A stretch of DNA of 48,238 nt from Spirogloea muscicola (lineage: Eukaryota), in the NCBI GenBank assembly GCA_009602725.1, contig WELB01000004.1:1486336-1534573 (forward strand). The letters are read 5' to 3'. The notes beneath the pieces are model-generated. The model had not been told where the DNA came from. It ran no database searches and saw only the letters and a program-made list of their open reading frames with translations. Of the stretch, positions 1 to 9,537 are shown in pieces (positions within the stretch are counted from its first letter, which is position 1; each line of letters starts with the position of its first letter). The position numbers and the translations under genes are program-made.

Positions 1-2
1 CG

Positions 3-40
<38 letters not shown>
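1..40. repeat. (GCC)n trinucleotide tract
   Basis: Direct read: cgccgccaccgccgccgcc... Same kind of tract seen at gene 5' ends elsewhere in the window. Confidence 0.9.
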
Positions 41-172
41 TCGAAGTGCGGCGCGGGGCCTTTCGAAGCCCCCGCGCCGGCTAGCGTGCGACGGGCGACT
101 CGAAGTCTGTCACAGCGCTAATCTGGACCGTCCGTTTCTCTTATGCGACACCCTGCCTCTTGCTGCGGCGTC

Positions 173-238
173 GACACGTGGCCCCTGGCGATCCCTTGAA
201 ACTCCCGCACCACATGACACGTGGCAAAATTTATATAT
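173..238. promoter_or_regulatory. Two identical G-box/ABRE motifs (GACACGTGGC at 173-182 and 216-225) followed by a TATA-like TTTATATAT
   Basis: Exact 10-mer repeated twice. The TATA-like element lies about 36-44 nt upstream of the tRNA. Which gene these elements serve is not determined. Confidence 0.45.
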
Positions 239-273
239 TGGCAAACCGCGACGAATTGTGGTGTTTCTTCGCC

Positions 274-357
274 GCTAGCTTGCCCGAGTGGTCCAAGGGG
301 GGAGACTTAAGATCTCCTGTGCGTTAGCACGCGCGGGTTCGAACCCCGTAGCTAGCA
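274..357 (+). tRNA. tRNA-Leu(UAA), intronless, nuclear type
   Basis: Acceptor stem GCTAGCT/AGCTAGC plus discriminator A. D-arm GCCCGAGTGGTCCAAGGGG. Anticodon arm GGAGA-CTTAAGA-TCTCC (TAA at 308-310). Long variable arm GTGCGTTAGCAC. T-loop GGTTCGAACC. First T4 run at 388-391. Confidence 0.96.
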
Positions 358-576
358 CAGGCAGGCAAGCCGTGGCACCTCCTGCGCTTTTCGAGCCCCA
401 CCACATGCACCCGCCTGCGGCTGTGCTGTGCCGCCAGCCACAATGCTGGCCCATGCTGCTCCCTCTGCCGTGCAGAACCACGTTGGTGGTTCTACTCGAT
501 CGGACAAGGATGGTACCGTGGTGCTACCTACGCCTTCTGGATAATGTCTTCGTCCTAGTCCTTCGCACTCCGGCTC

Positions 577-636
577 CTTCAGACCTTGTCCTTTCCTTTG
601 GGCTGTTGTTGTTGGGGCTGGCCTTTCCCAGCCACC
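577..636 (+). repeat. Dispersed hairpin repeat family, copy (GACCTTGTC...GGGCTGGCCTTTCCCAGCCA); a further fragment lies at 849-870
   Basis: Matches copies at 1241, 1497, 27126, 30336 and 47730(-) by eye. 849-870 reads ATCGCTCTCTACTGGAAGAGTC. Confidence 0.7.
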
Positions 637-1020
637 AGTCAATCTGGCCGCGCTTTCTTTAGTATGGTGTGAAGATAGTGACCAGGCTACCTTGACTCCA
701 CTTAGCTCAGGAAAGCTACTCATCTGCCGCGGAGCCGTACCCTGCCATTGGGGCGCAATCCCTATCTGCAAAGTGGGCCAGCCGGCCCGCTCCAAGAAGC
801 AATGTCATTCTTGCCTGACGGCGCACAAGGTTGCGGAGCACCAAGACAATCGCTCTCTACTGGAAGAGTCTTTCTCTCGCTCGGACCGAGCAGTCCAGTC
901 TCTCGCTTTGACTGATTGCCTTGTGCCGCTGCTGCCTGTAGTGCTTGAATTTGTGTCACTTGCGTGAATGTGGATGTTTTGGTGCTTTATGTGAATATCA
1001 AGTGCATCTTGAAGTACAAT

Positions 1021-1200
1021 CCTTACTGCTACTCTGTTCTTGCTACCGACACTTGTTACTGCTACTCTCTATTTGCACCGACACTTGTTACTGCTACTCT
1101 GTTCCAGCTGCGGACACTTGTTACTGCTACTCTGTTCTTGCTACTGATACTTATTACTGCTACTCTACTTACCGACACTTGGTCACTGCTACTCTGCTCC
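1021..1200. repeat. Minisatellite, about 33-bp unit (ACACTTGTTACTGCTACTCTGTTCTTGCTACCG), about 5.5 copies
   Basis: Directly visible tandem units. They generate the spurious repetitive ORFs 945..1205 and 964..1212. Confidence 0.92.
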
Positions 1201-1229
1201 TGTAACCCATGATAAGCCAAGGTAAGAAT

Positions 1230-1577
1230 AGCCTTTCGGCCCTTTGGACCTTGTCCATCTTTTCTGGGCTGGCTATTCACAGCCCCTGCCTTATAATGCA
1301 AGCTGTTATCGACGCGCGCGCGTAGGACGCGCTCTGGCCGCCGCCTCCGGGTCTCGGCGGAGCGCCTCCTTCCCCGCATCGAGCTATTCTGACCTGCTGT
1401 TGCTCACTCGTGGGTATTGAGCTTCCCTAGTGTGATGTTGTGTTTGTTAGTGTTGTGTTTGTTAGAGTAGTCCTTCTTTGGTATCACTTCCTTTGGCTTT
1501 GGACATTGTCCATTCTTTTTGGGCTGGCTTTGCCAGCCCCTCTTCTCTATGGGCGAGCCCTTTCTCTGTAATTGACG
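1230..1577 (+). mobile_element. Insertion into the left LTR-like repeat, flanked by a 6-bp direct repeat (AAGAAT); carries two copies of the dispersed hairpin repeat (1241-1290, 1497-1545); probably non-LTR 3'-end fragments
   Basis: AAGAAT at 1224-1229 and 1578-1583. Removing the insert restores a sequence collinear with the uninterrupted repeat at 2798-2884. Confidence 0.55.
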
Positions 1578-1767
1578 AAGAATGTGTCTTACCTTACCAT
1601 GCCTTTGCGAAGAACGTACTTGGTCAGACCACGTTTGATGGTCTGTACCATTCGTACGTCGGCCTTGGACGGTCATGTGAAGTCATCATGTGAAGTCATC
1701 ATGAAGATGATCTATTTATGGTCACGTGAATTGAGTCGATGGTCAATACAGCAAACCTGACCTTCAG

Positions 1768-1999
1768 TTCCTTAAATCAGTGAGTACTTCTGCGCAAGCT
1801 CCACTTTGGAGTAACACCTCATCCAAGATAATTTCAGCAACATATGCACCAGACTTTCCAGGGATGATGGCAACTTCAACCCATTTGGAGAAGTGTTCGA
1901 TCATCCCTGGGAAGTCTGGTGCATATGTTGCGGAAGCTTCTTTGAAACAAGTGTTGTCCCAACTTGGAGCTTGCGCCGAAGTACTCAACGATCAAGGAA
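1768..1999. repeat. Inverted repeat (arms ~1768-1868 and ~1900-1999, ~31-nt loop) made of two diverged integrase segments
   Basis: Core 1837-1868 versus the reverse complement of 1900-1931 is 31/32 identical. The outer arms are imperfect. Both strands translate IIPGKSGAYVAE...GACAEVL. Confidence 0.9.
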
Positions 2000-3049
2000 A
2001 TGAGTCTGAGAGTGAGTTTCAGCGTTTGCTTGATCAGGCCTTTATAGACCCTCGACACACTTCACGTTACTATCCACAGGCCGGTGAGTTGCAGACCGAC
2101 GAATTTGCCAACTCCACCCCTCCAAGTGCGAGTCCTGGCATAGGCTGAGGAATTAAGTCTGCGTCCAGACAATCTACGTTCTACAAAGCGGTCACCTGTA
2201 GGTATACTTATGAGCGGTGGTGTTATGTGATCAACCTGCCATCCACTCTTGCATTTAGAACACGAGCATGCAGATTGATCCCCTCGACGGCACAAAAAAT
2301 TGCATGGATACCCATTGTTGTGTACGATCAACAGTAGAGCAAAGCTAGTCAGATGGCAGGAGAAATTCGAGTGTTGTCGGAAATATCCCTGCCACAGGAC
2401 CCTTGAGGCCGAACCTGAAGAGCTTCTTACCAACAATCCTGTGGATGAATTGACCTGCAGAGGCATCCAAGCAATCTTGAGGGTTGACCTTGAAGTAGAC
2501 ATAGTCACCTACATTAATTGTTGAAGGTCTTGGCTTGTACCTACCACTACATATGGTGGCATACCGTTGCATATCACGATGTCGAGCAATGAGCAAGTTG
2601 TCCAAGCAATAGGCAAAGGGTTCTTTGGACAAATTACCACGCTCAAGACAAATGAATGCTCAGCCACATGTTAGGATCATCAAGGCTGCAATCACCGTTT
2701 CCACAACATGGAGACTGATGGGAATGAGTGAATGACATCTATAAAGTGGAAATACGGACTATAAGCAGAAGTGATGTTTGCTTTGACATTCTGATATCCA
2801 TGATAAGCCAAGGTAAGGATATCTCCCACCTTTTAGGCCTTTGCGAAGAACATACTTGGTCAGACCACGTTTGATGGTCTGTACTATGCAAATTCTTGAT
2901 TACGCACCATTTCATCCGTTATCACCTATCTACTATATTGTGCATATGTGTTGCTTACTTGACACCGATGCAAGCTATCATCTCAGTATTCCCTAACTCC
3001 TTCTACACCATGTCTGGTATGCCAGTCGACGCCCTGTGGTATGACACAT

Positions 3050-3100
3050 CCTTGTCGGCTGGCCTCTCACAGCCACTGCCATTAAGTTAACTTGAAGAGC
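3050..3100 (+). repeat. Dispersed hairpin repeat copy upstream of the GT2 gene
   Basis: CTTGTCGGCTGGCCTCTCACAGCCACTGCC...GAAGAGC. Confidence 0.65.
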
Positions 3101-3212
3101 TGCTTGTCGGGAGAGCTTTCGTCGGTTACTTATAATTGACAGCCATCAACACTTTTATGCTGGGCTGTTGTCAGTTATCGTCGTTCCAATTAGCGGCAAC
3201 GGCACCACGGCC

Positions 3213-5780
3213 ATGGACGCCGTCGCCGCCACGAGCCCGCCCCCGACGCCGCCGCCGCCGCCGCCGGCGGNNNNNNNNNNNNNNNNNNNNNNNNNNGGCG
3301 GCGGCGGCGGCGGCGGCGGCGGAGGGCTCCAGGCACAGCAGCGGCGGCGCGGCGCCGTTCGTCGACCAGCGGCCGGTGTCGGTCGTCATCCCGGTGTACA
3401 ACGAGGTCGCCGGCATCCCCATCCTGGTGGAGCGCGTCGGCGCCGCCATGCGCGCGCGCGGCGGCCCGTACGAGATCGTCTGCGTGGACGACGGATCCTC
3501 TGACGGTGAGCAGCTGCGCCACTGGCCTTTTAAAATCCTGCGAGCAGCTTTCGCGAGTCCTCCTAGCTCCTACTCTCATTCTACTACTGAAAGCACCAGC
3601 TTAAGTAGCAAGATGAGTGCAACGTGCACGACGATAGTGACGACGGAAGTGAACATTGCTGCATTGCATGTGTTCTGGACTTGTATTCTAGGGTTTTATT
3701 CCGCTTGTTAGGGGCGGTTCTTGGCACAGTGCAACAGGGACTTCAAGTGAAATCTCAAGGACAGATTGGCGAGGCATAATGCCAAGCCATCATCATTTTT
3801 GAGACACACTCATCAGACCACGTAAATTTAGTAATCAGTAGCGCTTCGAGGTTGCAATCTGTTGTGACGTGACTTTCTACCTGATTCCGCCATGTCAGAG
3901 TTAAGGTCATGCACTTAGGGTTCAGGTTGAGAATACCAAAATATCATGAAGACTGGTGTTCGGTACTGTGTAGGCATGTCACATCAATTGAAGCAGCTTC
4001 TGCCAAGTGATGCCAGGCACCACGCAGTTGCTGCAGGCAATGGCAGCTGAGCGGCAGGACCTCAGGGCTGTGATTTTCCGTCGCAACTTTGGGCAGACGG
4101 CAGCCATGGCTGCCGGGTTCGACTTTGCGGCTGGCGAGCTCCTGGTCACTATGGACGGGGACTTGCAGAATGACGCAGATGATATCCCCAGGATTCTGGA
4201 CAAGCTGCTGTATGGGGAAACAGGCCAAGGCGGGGACCCGGGAAATGGTGCTTGGGGCAGCATGCCTCGTGACGATGGCGGTTACGATATGGTCGTTGGC
4301 TGGCGGCGGCACCGGAAGGACGATGTGCTGACGAGAAACATCCCCTCAGCTGCTGCCAACTGGCTGATTGGCCGAGTCACTGGGGTACGATTACTCTCAC
4401 TTTGTGAGTAGCCTGCTTCCTGATCTGCTCCTGCTTGTCTAGGGGCTTGTCTAAGGCTATACTTGGAAAACACAAAAGTCAGAGAGCCCCATCTTGATGA
4501 CTCAGACATTTAGAGAGCCCCAGATTACAGGCGAGTCAAGTGTCCGATTACCTTTGCACTCAGCCACTTGTGTCTGCCTGGCTTTGCTTTCGAGTCAAGG
4601 AAGTCAACCTAGTTGGACACACTTGTCTGCTCTTGTCATAGCACAACTACATCATGATCCCTGTCTTCGTTCTCATAGAAGTTTGCCAAGCTGCTTGGCA
4701 TGATCATCTCCAATGTACCAGTCCAATGGCTTGTTGCTGGAGCAGGTGAAGCTGCATGACTATGGCTGCAGTCTCAAGGCCTATCGTGCTTCAGTTGTAA
4801 GCAGCCTGAGGTTGTACGGCGAGATGCACCGCTTCATCCCTGCCCTTGCCGCCATGGAGGGCGCCTCCATCTCAGAACTCGAGGTGGGGATGCTCTTGGC
4901 CACCTCCTCCAGCCGCCTCTGCAACATCAACAGCTTTGTTGCTGGTCGCATACAAGCATTTCATCCATTACCTAGCACTAGGCTTAAGCCCTGGTTGTAA
5001 ACCCCATGATCTTGCAGCTTACCACACATGCCAGGATGAGTTTGCTTAAGGTCAAGTGGTAATTCACTGCAGCAGCGTGAAACAGGGCAAGGAGCTTGCA
5101 AAGTAAATCCGCGCCTCTGCATGCTCTCTCTTTGGACAGGTGCAACATGCCCCTCGATTATATGGTGCATCCAAGTATGGACTGGGGAGAATACCCAGGG
5201 TTCTACTGGACCTGGCCACCATCTGGTTCCTCAGCAAGTATCGGGACCGACCAATGCAGCTCGTCGGCCTCCTTGGCATTCTGTGCCTCCTCAGCTCAAT
5301 GGCATTTGGAGTTGCAGCCTGCTGGTCCTTCGCCACGTCAGCAAGATCATACGGCGTCGCAATGGCCCTCTCGAGTTCCATGGCTCACGCAGTTGCATCT
5401 CTTGAGCTACTTGTAATGGGCTCGCAGGTGAATTGCCTGGATGCAATTTACTTAATATTGTTATGCCAGGTCTATATCTTCTTCATGTTGTGTGGCAAGT
5501 TGTTCTTGCCTGATGCTAATGTATGCAAGTTGGGAGAGCCTTCTGGCTGGTACCCTAACCTGTTGGAGACAGATGCAAACTAGTCTACTGCAGAGCCCTC
5601 CCCATGTCTCTGGCTGCACCAAGGTGCTCTTGTCTGCCTCTGCTGATCTGCAATTCGTTTCTTGCTCTTTTTCAGCTGATGTGCCTTGGCTTTCTGAGTG
5701 AGATCTGCATTCGCACGTACTTTGAGTCCCAACCTCGCCCTGTATATCGAGTCCGGGAGGTTGCCACATCTACAGCCTGA
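3213..5780 (+). CDS. Glycosyltransferase family 2, bacterial polyprenyl-phosphate glycosyltransferase type (GtrB/ArnC/DPM1-like) with C-terminal TM helices. Exons 3213-3505 (contains gap), 4017-4384, 4746-4883, 5140-5427, 5676-5780
   Basis: Motifs SVVIPVYNE, EIVCVDDGSSDG, RRNFGQTAAMAAGF, TMDGDLQND, LHDYGCSLKAY, LYGEMHRFIP, SKYGLGR, RTYFESQPRPVYRVRE. All four introns are GT-AG with consistent phase. The start ATG is uncertain because the 26-N gap shifts the frame. Confidence 0.9.
3271..3296. other. Assembly gap inside a CCG/GGC tract
   Basis: N run. Confidence 1.
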
Positions 5781-6939
5781 AACTGCAAGCCCTGGCCGAA
5801 TATCATGGAGATATTTCTTCAACAAGCCTTGCTCGTGTTCTGAGAAGCTCTTGTCTTAGCTTGATTCACAGTAAATAACATCCTCACATGGCTGCGCGGC
5901 TTTGGTGCTACCTGTCTTTCGTAAGGACGATAGTCCTGGCTTAGGCCTATCCTGCTGCGCAACTAGGTGAAGAAGAGTTTAGCTCAATCTTTACACCTAT
6001 AATTAGTGTGTAGACAGCCATGTCATTGTGGCTTTGCTTCTTCTCTTAGGTAGCCCATGTTGCTTCTCTCCTTAAGTTGTCCTTGTCATTAAGAGCCCAA
6101 CTTTGTCAGCCTGACGTTGATACATGAGTAAGTGGAGTGAGTCACCGAGCGCTTCTGAAAAGAATCTTCATTGCTAGTCAGCTCTCAAGCTGACAGATCG
6201 TCAAGCACACATTCTTGTCAGTTATTGACTTATGCATGTAGATTTGTCAACAATCTCTATGGGTGAATGTTGTACGCAATAGTTTAGCAGATATGTAAGC
6301 ACTCCATGGATCAGAAATTTAGCCGCCCTTGATATCTCAATTCTCCAATAAGCGCGTCTCGTGCACTGAGTGAGAGAGCACGTCTTCCCAGCATTCACCA
6401 TTGACGCCCAAAGCTATGCAAACTCCACTGAAACTCAAGCCAACTCCACTGGAACTCAAGCCAAACATGCTGAAGTGAAGCCAAGTCGGAAGCAGAGCCC
6501 AAGTCGTAGTCGACAATCAAGCACACGCTAGCCAGACTCCTACCACTCACTGAGCCACAGTTGTTGCACGTAAAGAAAGCAAAAATGTGGGGTCAAAATC
6601 TACAGCGGAGAACCCACTGGAGTCGAAGCCAGCACCTTGTTTAATGTTTGGAGTGAAAATAATGTCCATAGTGTAAGCTCAGTAGGGCTGACTGGCCACC
6701 ATGGCCTCGACAGGCAGCTCTACTTTTTTTGCCACTGCCTTTGCCGGCATGCCGATCCTGGGAGCAAGCTTAAGGCAAGTGTGCACGAGCAATGGTAGTC
6801 CTGCCGATTGGAGCAGGAGCAGTCTCTACTAGCAGGATGCAATCAAGTCTCAGCTACGGGTTGCCTTGATGCATGTAATAGGACGCAATGGAGGAGACTA
6901 CTGTGATATAGAGGGGGCATAGATGCGGAGATTAGAGAG

Positions 6940-6990
6940 AGAAGAAGCTCTCCCTAAAAGGGGTGATGGCTGTGAGGACAGGCTTACTAA
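6940..6990 (-). repeat. Dispersed hairpin repeat copy (degenerate)
   Basis: Reverse complement reads ...CTGTCCTCACAGCCATCACCCCTTTTAGGGAGAGCTTC. Confidence 0.5.
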
Positions 6991-7078
6991 GTAACAGGAA
7001 GACATCTGACTAGCTCTAAATGACAATCCAACTTTAGCTTTGGAGGGGGTCATCAACTGCAGCAAAAACATTAAAAAG

Positions 7079-8457
7079 TTATGGGACGAAAGGGATGCCT
7101 GAAGGAGTCAGGATGGCGTACTCGTCATATGCTAGCCCAAAGAAGTCCCGCAAAAGTTGCTCCTCATAGCTGAAGCAACAGAGGCAAGCTTTCTGCTTTA
7201 GCTGCAATAGTACATGTCAGGTACTGCTCAATCCTGCTCATAGTCATGACCATTGCTAGGTAGGAGCAGGAACGGCAACAATGCGTGCATCAAAGAGGCA
7301 TACAATCATCGCCAGCCACGTACAAGATCCTGTCAGAGAAGAAGCGCCAGGAGATGCACGCAAAAGCGACGGTGCAAAACGGATTCGCGAGCATAAGCTG
7401 CGTAGCAATGGACCAGATAAACCAGCCCATGTAGCCTGGGTGGCGCACGTACCTGCGACCCCAGTCGGCAATGTCATCAGGCTTCGTGCAGTAATGTGCT
7501 ATAAATCCATAGCAGGAGAGCTTAGATCTAGCTCAAGTTACTGCAAGTGCTTGCTGTTGGGTCGAGACACCCTGTAACCTTGCTAGGGAGGAGAGTCTGT
7601 TAGCTGCTAACCTTCTTAAGCAATGCACGTCAAGCCTCTGATGCAGAAGTCAATTGAAGAATTAGGAGAGAGTATATGAGGACCTTCTGCAGGTGCGGAT
7701 GAGTATGTTAGCAGCAACAGCCCTCACCGGTAGATGCCGTGCATGACGAGGCGGTGATTGGGGCGGCGCACGTGCTTGATTTCGTGCGTGAAGTTGTGGC
7801 GCGCCGTCATGAAGGCGGCCTTGCGCACAACCTCGCCGAGCACGACGAGAGCAGCGCCGAGGCGCTGCACCACTGAGAAGCGGGCCTTGAGGCCGGGCGC
7901 CAGGCGACGCTCCATTTCGTACTCAAGGCAGGAGCACGTGAACGCGGCCACGTATGCCGGGCTGATGAGCCATGCTGCCGCCACAGAGAGGCAGCCGCCG
8001 GCGCTCCCGATCAGCACCATGAGCCTTGATCTAACTGTAATCGAGACCCAAATCTGAACCACAATGTGTGCTGTATTTCAAGAATTCTACACCGAAGCAT
8101 AGGCTTAATGTTACTTGTCCATGGACACCTGACCTCTTGATGCCTGATAAGGCAAAACCTTGATACTCTAACAGCATCAAACCCAATGCCTCGCTTCCAG
8201 TCCAGAACACTCTAGTTATAGATCATTCAGTTGGGTTTCCAATCGCAGTCTGAAAGCAGCGAGCTTTAGGAAGCCGGATCTGAGCACCGCAACTGGCTGC
8301 TCAAGCTTGCTGGCGATAGGGATTGTGGGCCAGGGGGTGGTCTGCATGCATGAGCTCACGCACAGCGGCGGCTGAGCTCGGCGGGCGTGTAGAGCGCGGC
8401 GAGGCAGAACTCGGTGAGGTGGAAGAAGGCCACCGCCAGCAGGTACGCCCAGAGCAT
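7079..8457 (-). CDS. ICMT: Protein-S-isoprenylcysteine O-methyltransferase. Exons (minus) 8457-8364, 7974-7728, 7452-7324, 7169-7079
   Basis: Spliced product MLWAYLLAVAFFHLTEF...GEVVRKAAFMTARHNFTH...HRLVMHGIYRYVRHPGYMGWFIWS...NPFC...RIFYEEQLLRDFFG.AYDEY...TPSGIPFVP*. These are ICMT/STE14 signature motifs. GT-AG phases are consistent. Confidence 0.95.
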
Positions 8458-8654
8458 GGCCGCGCCGCCGCAGGCGCCTCTTGGGGCGGTGGGCTTTGAG
8501 TGTCAGCGCTCAAGTCGAGGGCCTCAATGTCAGAGGCAAAAGCATGGCGTCAATGGCGTGAAGCCAAGGCTGGTGTCAGCGGCGGTGCCACTGGCCCTGC
8601 CGCCGGCCCCGGCAGCTGGGCCACCTGTGAGGTGGGGTTCTTTGGCTCGAAGGC

Positions 8655-8700
8655 TTTGGGTTTGGGTTTGAGGAATGGAGTTAAGGGTTTAAGGTTTGGG
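8655..8700. repeat. Degenerate telomere-like array (TTTGGG/TTAAGGG), upstream of the ICMT ATG
   Basis: tttgggtttgggtttgagg...ttaagggtttaaggtttggg. Confidence 0.55.
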
Positions 8701-8811
8701 CCTCCACGGGTGCGCAATCGCGTGGCAAAGCAGTCAAAGCCTCTGCTGCTGCCATCGCCACTGATAGAGCTGCTGCCAGTGCTGGCAATGTCCTCGCCAC
8801 AGTGGAAGGAA

Positions 8812-9115
8812 CGGCTCTGCCAATGTATGGCAATGGCTGTGAGAGGCCAGCCCAAAGAAGTGAGCTCTTCCAAAGAAGGTCTCCGGCCGTCCACAAGTCC
8901 TGTGCACCACGCTGGCGACCGGAGCGCCAGCGGAGCTTGCAAGCGACCCCTCCACCAGACGATGCGAGCAGCCGCGGTCGCGGTGCGAGAAGAGTTGCGC
9001 TCGGAGCTGGACGGCGAGGTGGACGGTTGTTGAGAATCAGAGCGAGGAGGGGATACGAGGAGTGAGCTCTTCCGAAAGGGGCGGGGGCTGTGTATGGCGA
9101 GCCCACAAAGAATGG
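8812..9115 (-). repeat. Two dispersed hairpin repeat copies (8812-8880, 9061-9115) in the ICMT/FAM91A1 divergent spacer
   Basis: Reverse complements: TTTGGGCTGGCCTCTCACAGCCATTGCC and GTGGGCTCGCCATACACAGCCCCCGCCCCTTTCGGAAGAGCTC. Confidence 0.7.
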
Positions 9116-9235
9116 GGGATTCGGAGGCCGGGGAAAGAGGCGGTGGGAGAGCGAGGACGGAGAGGGAGCTCTTCCGAGAGTGGGCGACGGCTGGAGGAAG
9201 TAGCTCTTGCAGGTAGGGGGGGGTGAGGAAGAGGG

Positions 9236-9237
<2 letters not shown>

Positions 9238-9269
<32 letters not shown>
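9238..9269. repeat. (GA)n microsatellite
   Basis: Direct read. Confidence 0.95.
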
Positions 9270-9273
<4 letters not shown>

Positions 9274-9537
9274 CGAGGCGCAACGAGGCAAGTGGGTCTC
9301 CAACAGTGCGCAGGAGAGAGAGTAGTGGCGTTACACAGGGCCGGGAGCAACTGCCGCTTCCCGTGGCCGGTCTGGGACGGCGTCCTGAAGCGGCGGCAAT
9401 GGCGGCAATGGCGAGCCATTGCGCTCACAGCAGCGGCCGCGGCGGCGGCGGCAGCGGCGACGTCGCCAGCAGGCATCTCAGAGGATATGGCCTCTGCTCT
9501 TCGAAGGCGTGACCTCAAAACAGAGAGAGCGGCGGCC

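Larger units (their letters stand above)
1201..2890. mobile_element. Degenerate, rearranged Ty3/gypsy LTR retrotransposon remnant (integrase rve fragments, integrase C-terminus and PHD-like finger) bounded by short LTR-like direct repeats
   Basis: rve-like IEHFSKWVEVAIIPGKS...GACAEVLTD (minus, 1764-1900) and ...EFQRLLDQAFIDPRHTSRYYPQA (plus). NLLIARHRDMQRYATICSGRYKPR...VGDYVY (minus, ~2500-2605). PHD-like C...CSKCKSGWQVDHITPPLISIPTGD (minus, ~2190-2305). Direct repeats: CCATGATAAGCCAAGGTAAG at 1207-1226 and 2798-2817, and a 48-bp repeat at 1601-1648 and 2837-2884. Confidence 0.8.

Noticed and set aside
288..662. ORF overlapping the tRNA, or a tRNA-derived SINE
   Set aside because: The tRNA cloverleaf is intact and has a nearby T4 terminator. 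The ORF has no domain, and no second tRNA-headed copy appears in the window.
1021..1200. 33-bp repeats as a CRISPR array or repeat protein
   Set aside because: The units are contiguous with no unique spacers, there are no cas genes, and the context is eukaryotic. It is an ordinary minisatellite.
3213..5780. Bacterial contamination as the explanation for the GT2 gene
   Set aside because: It has four phase-consistent spliceosomal introns and is contiguous with eukaryotic genes and host repeats.
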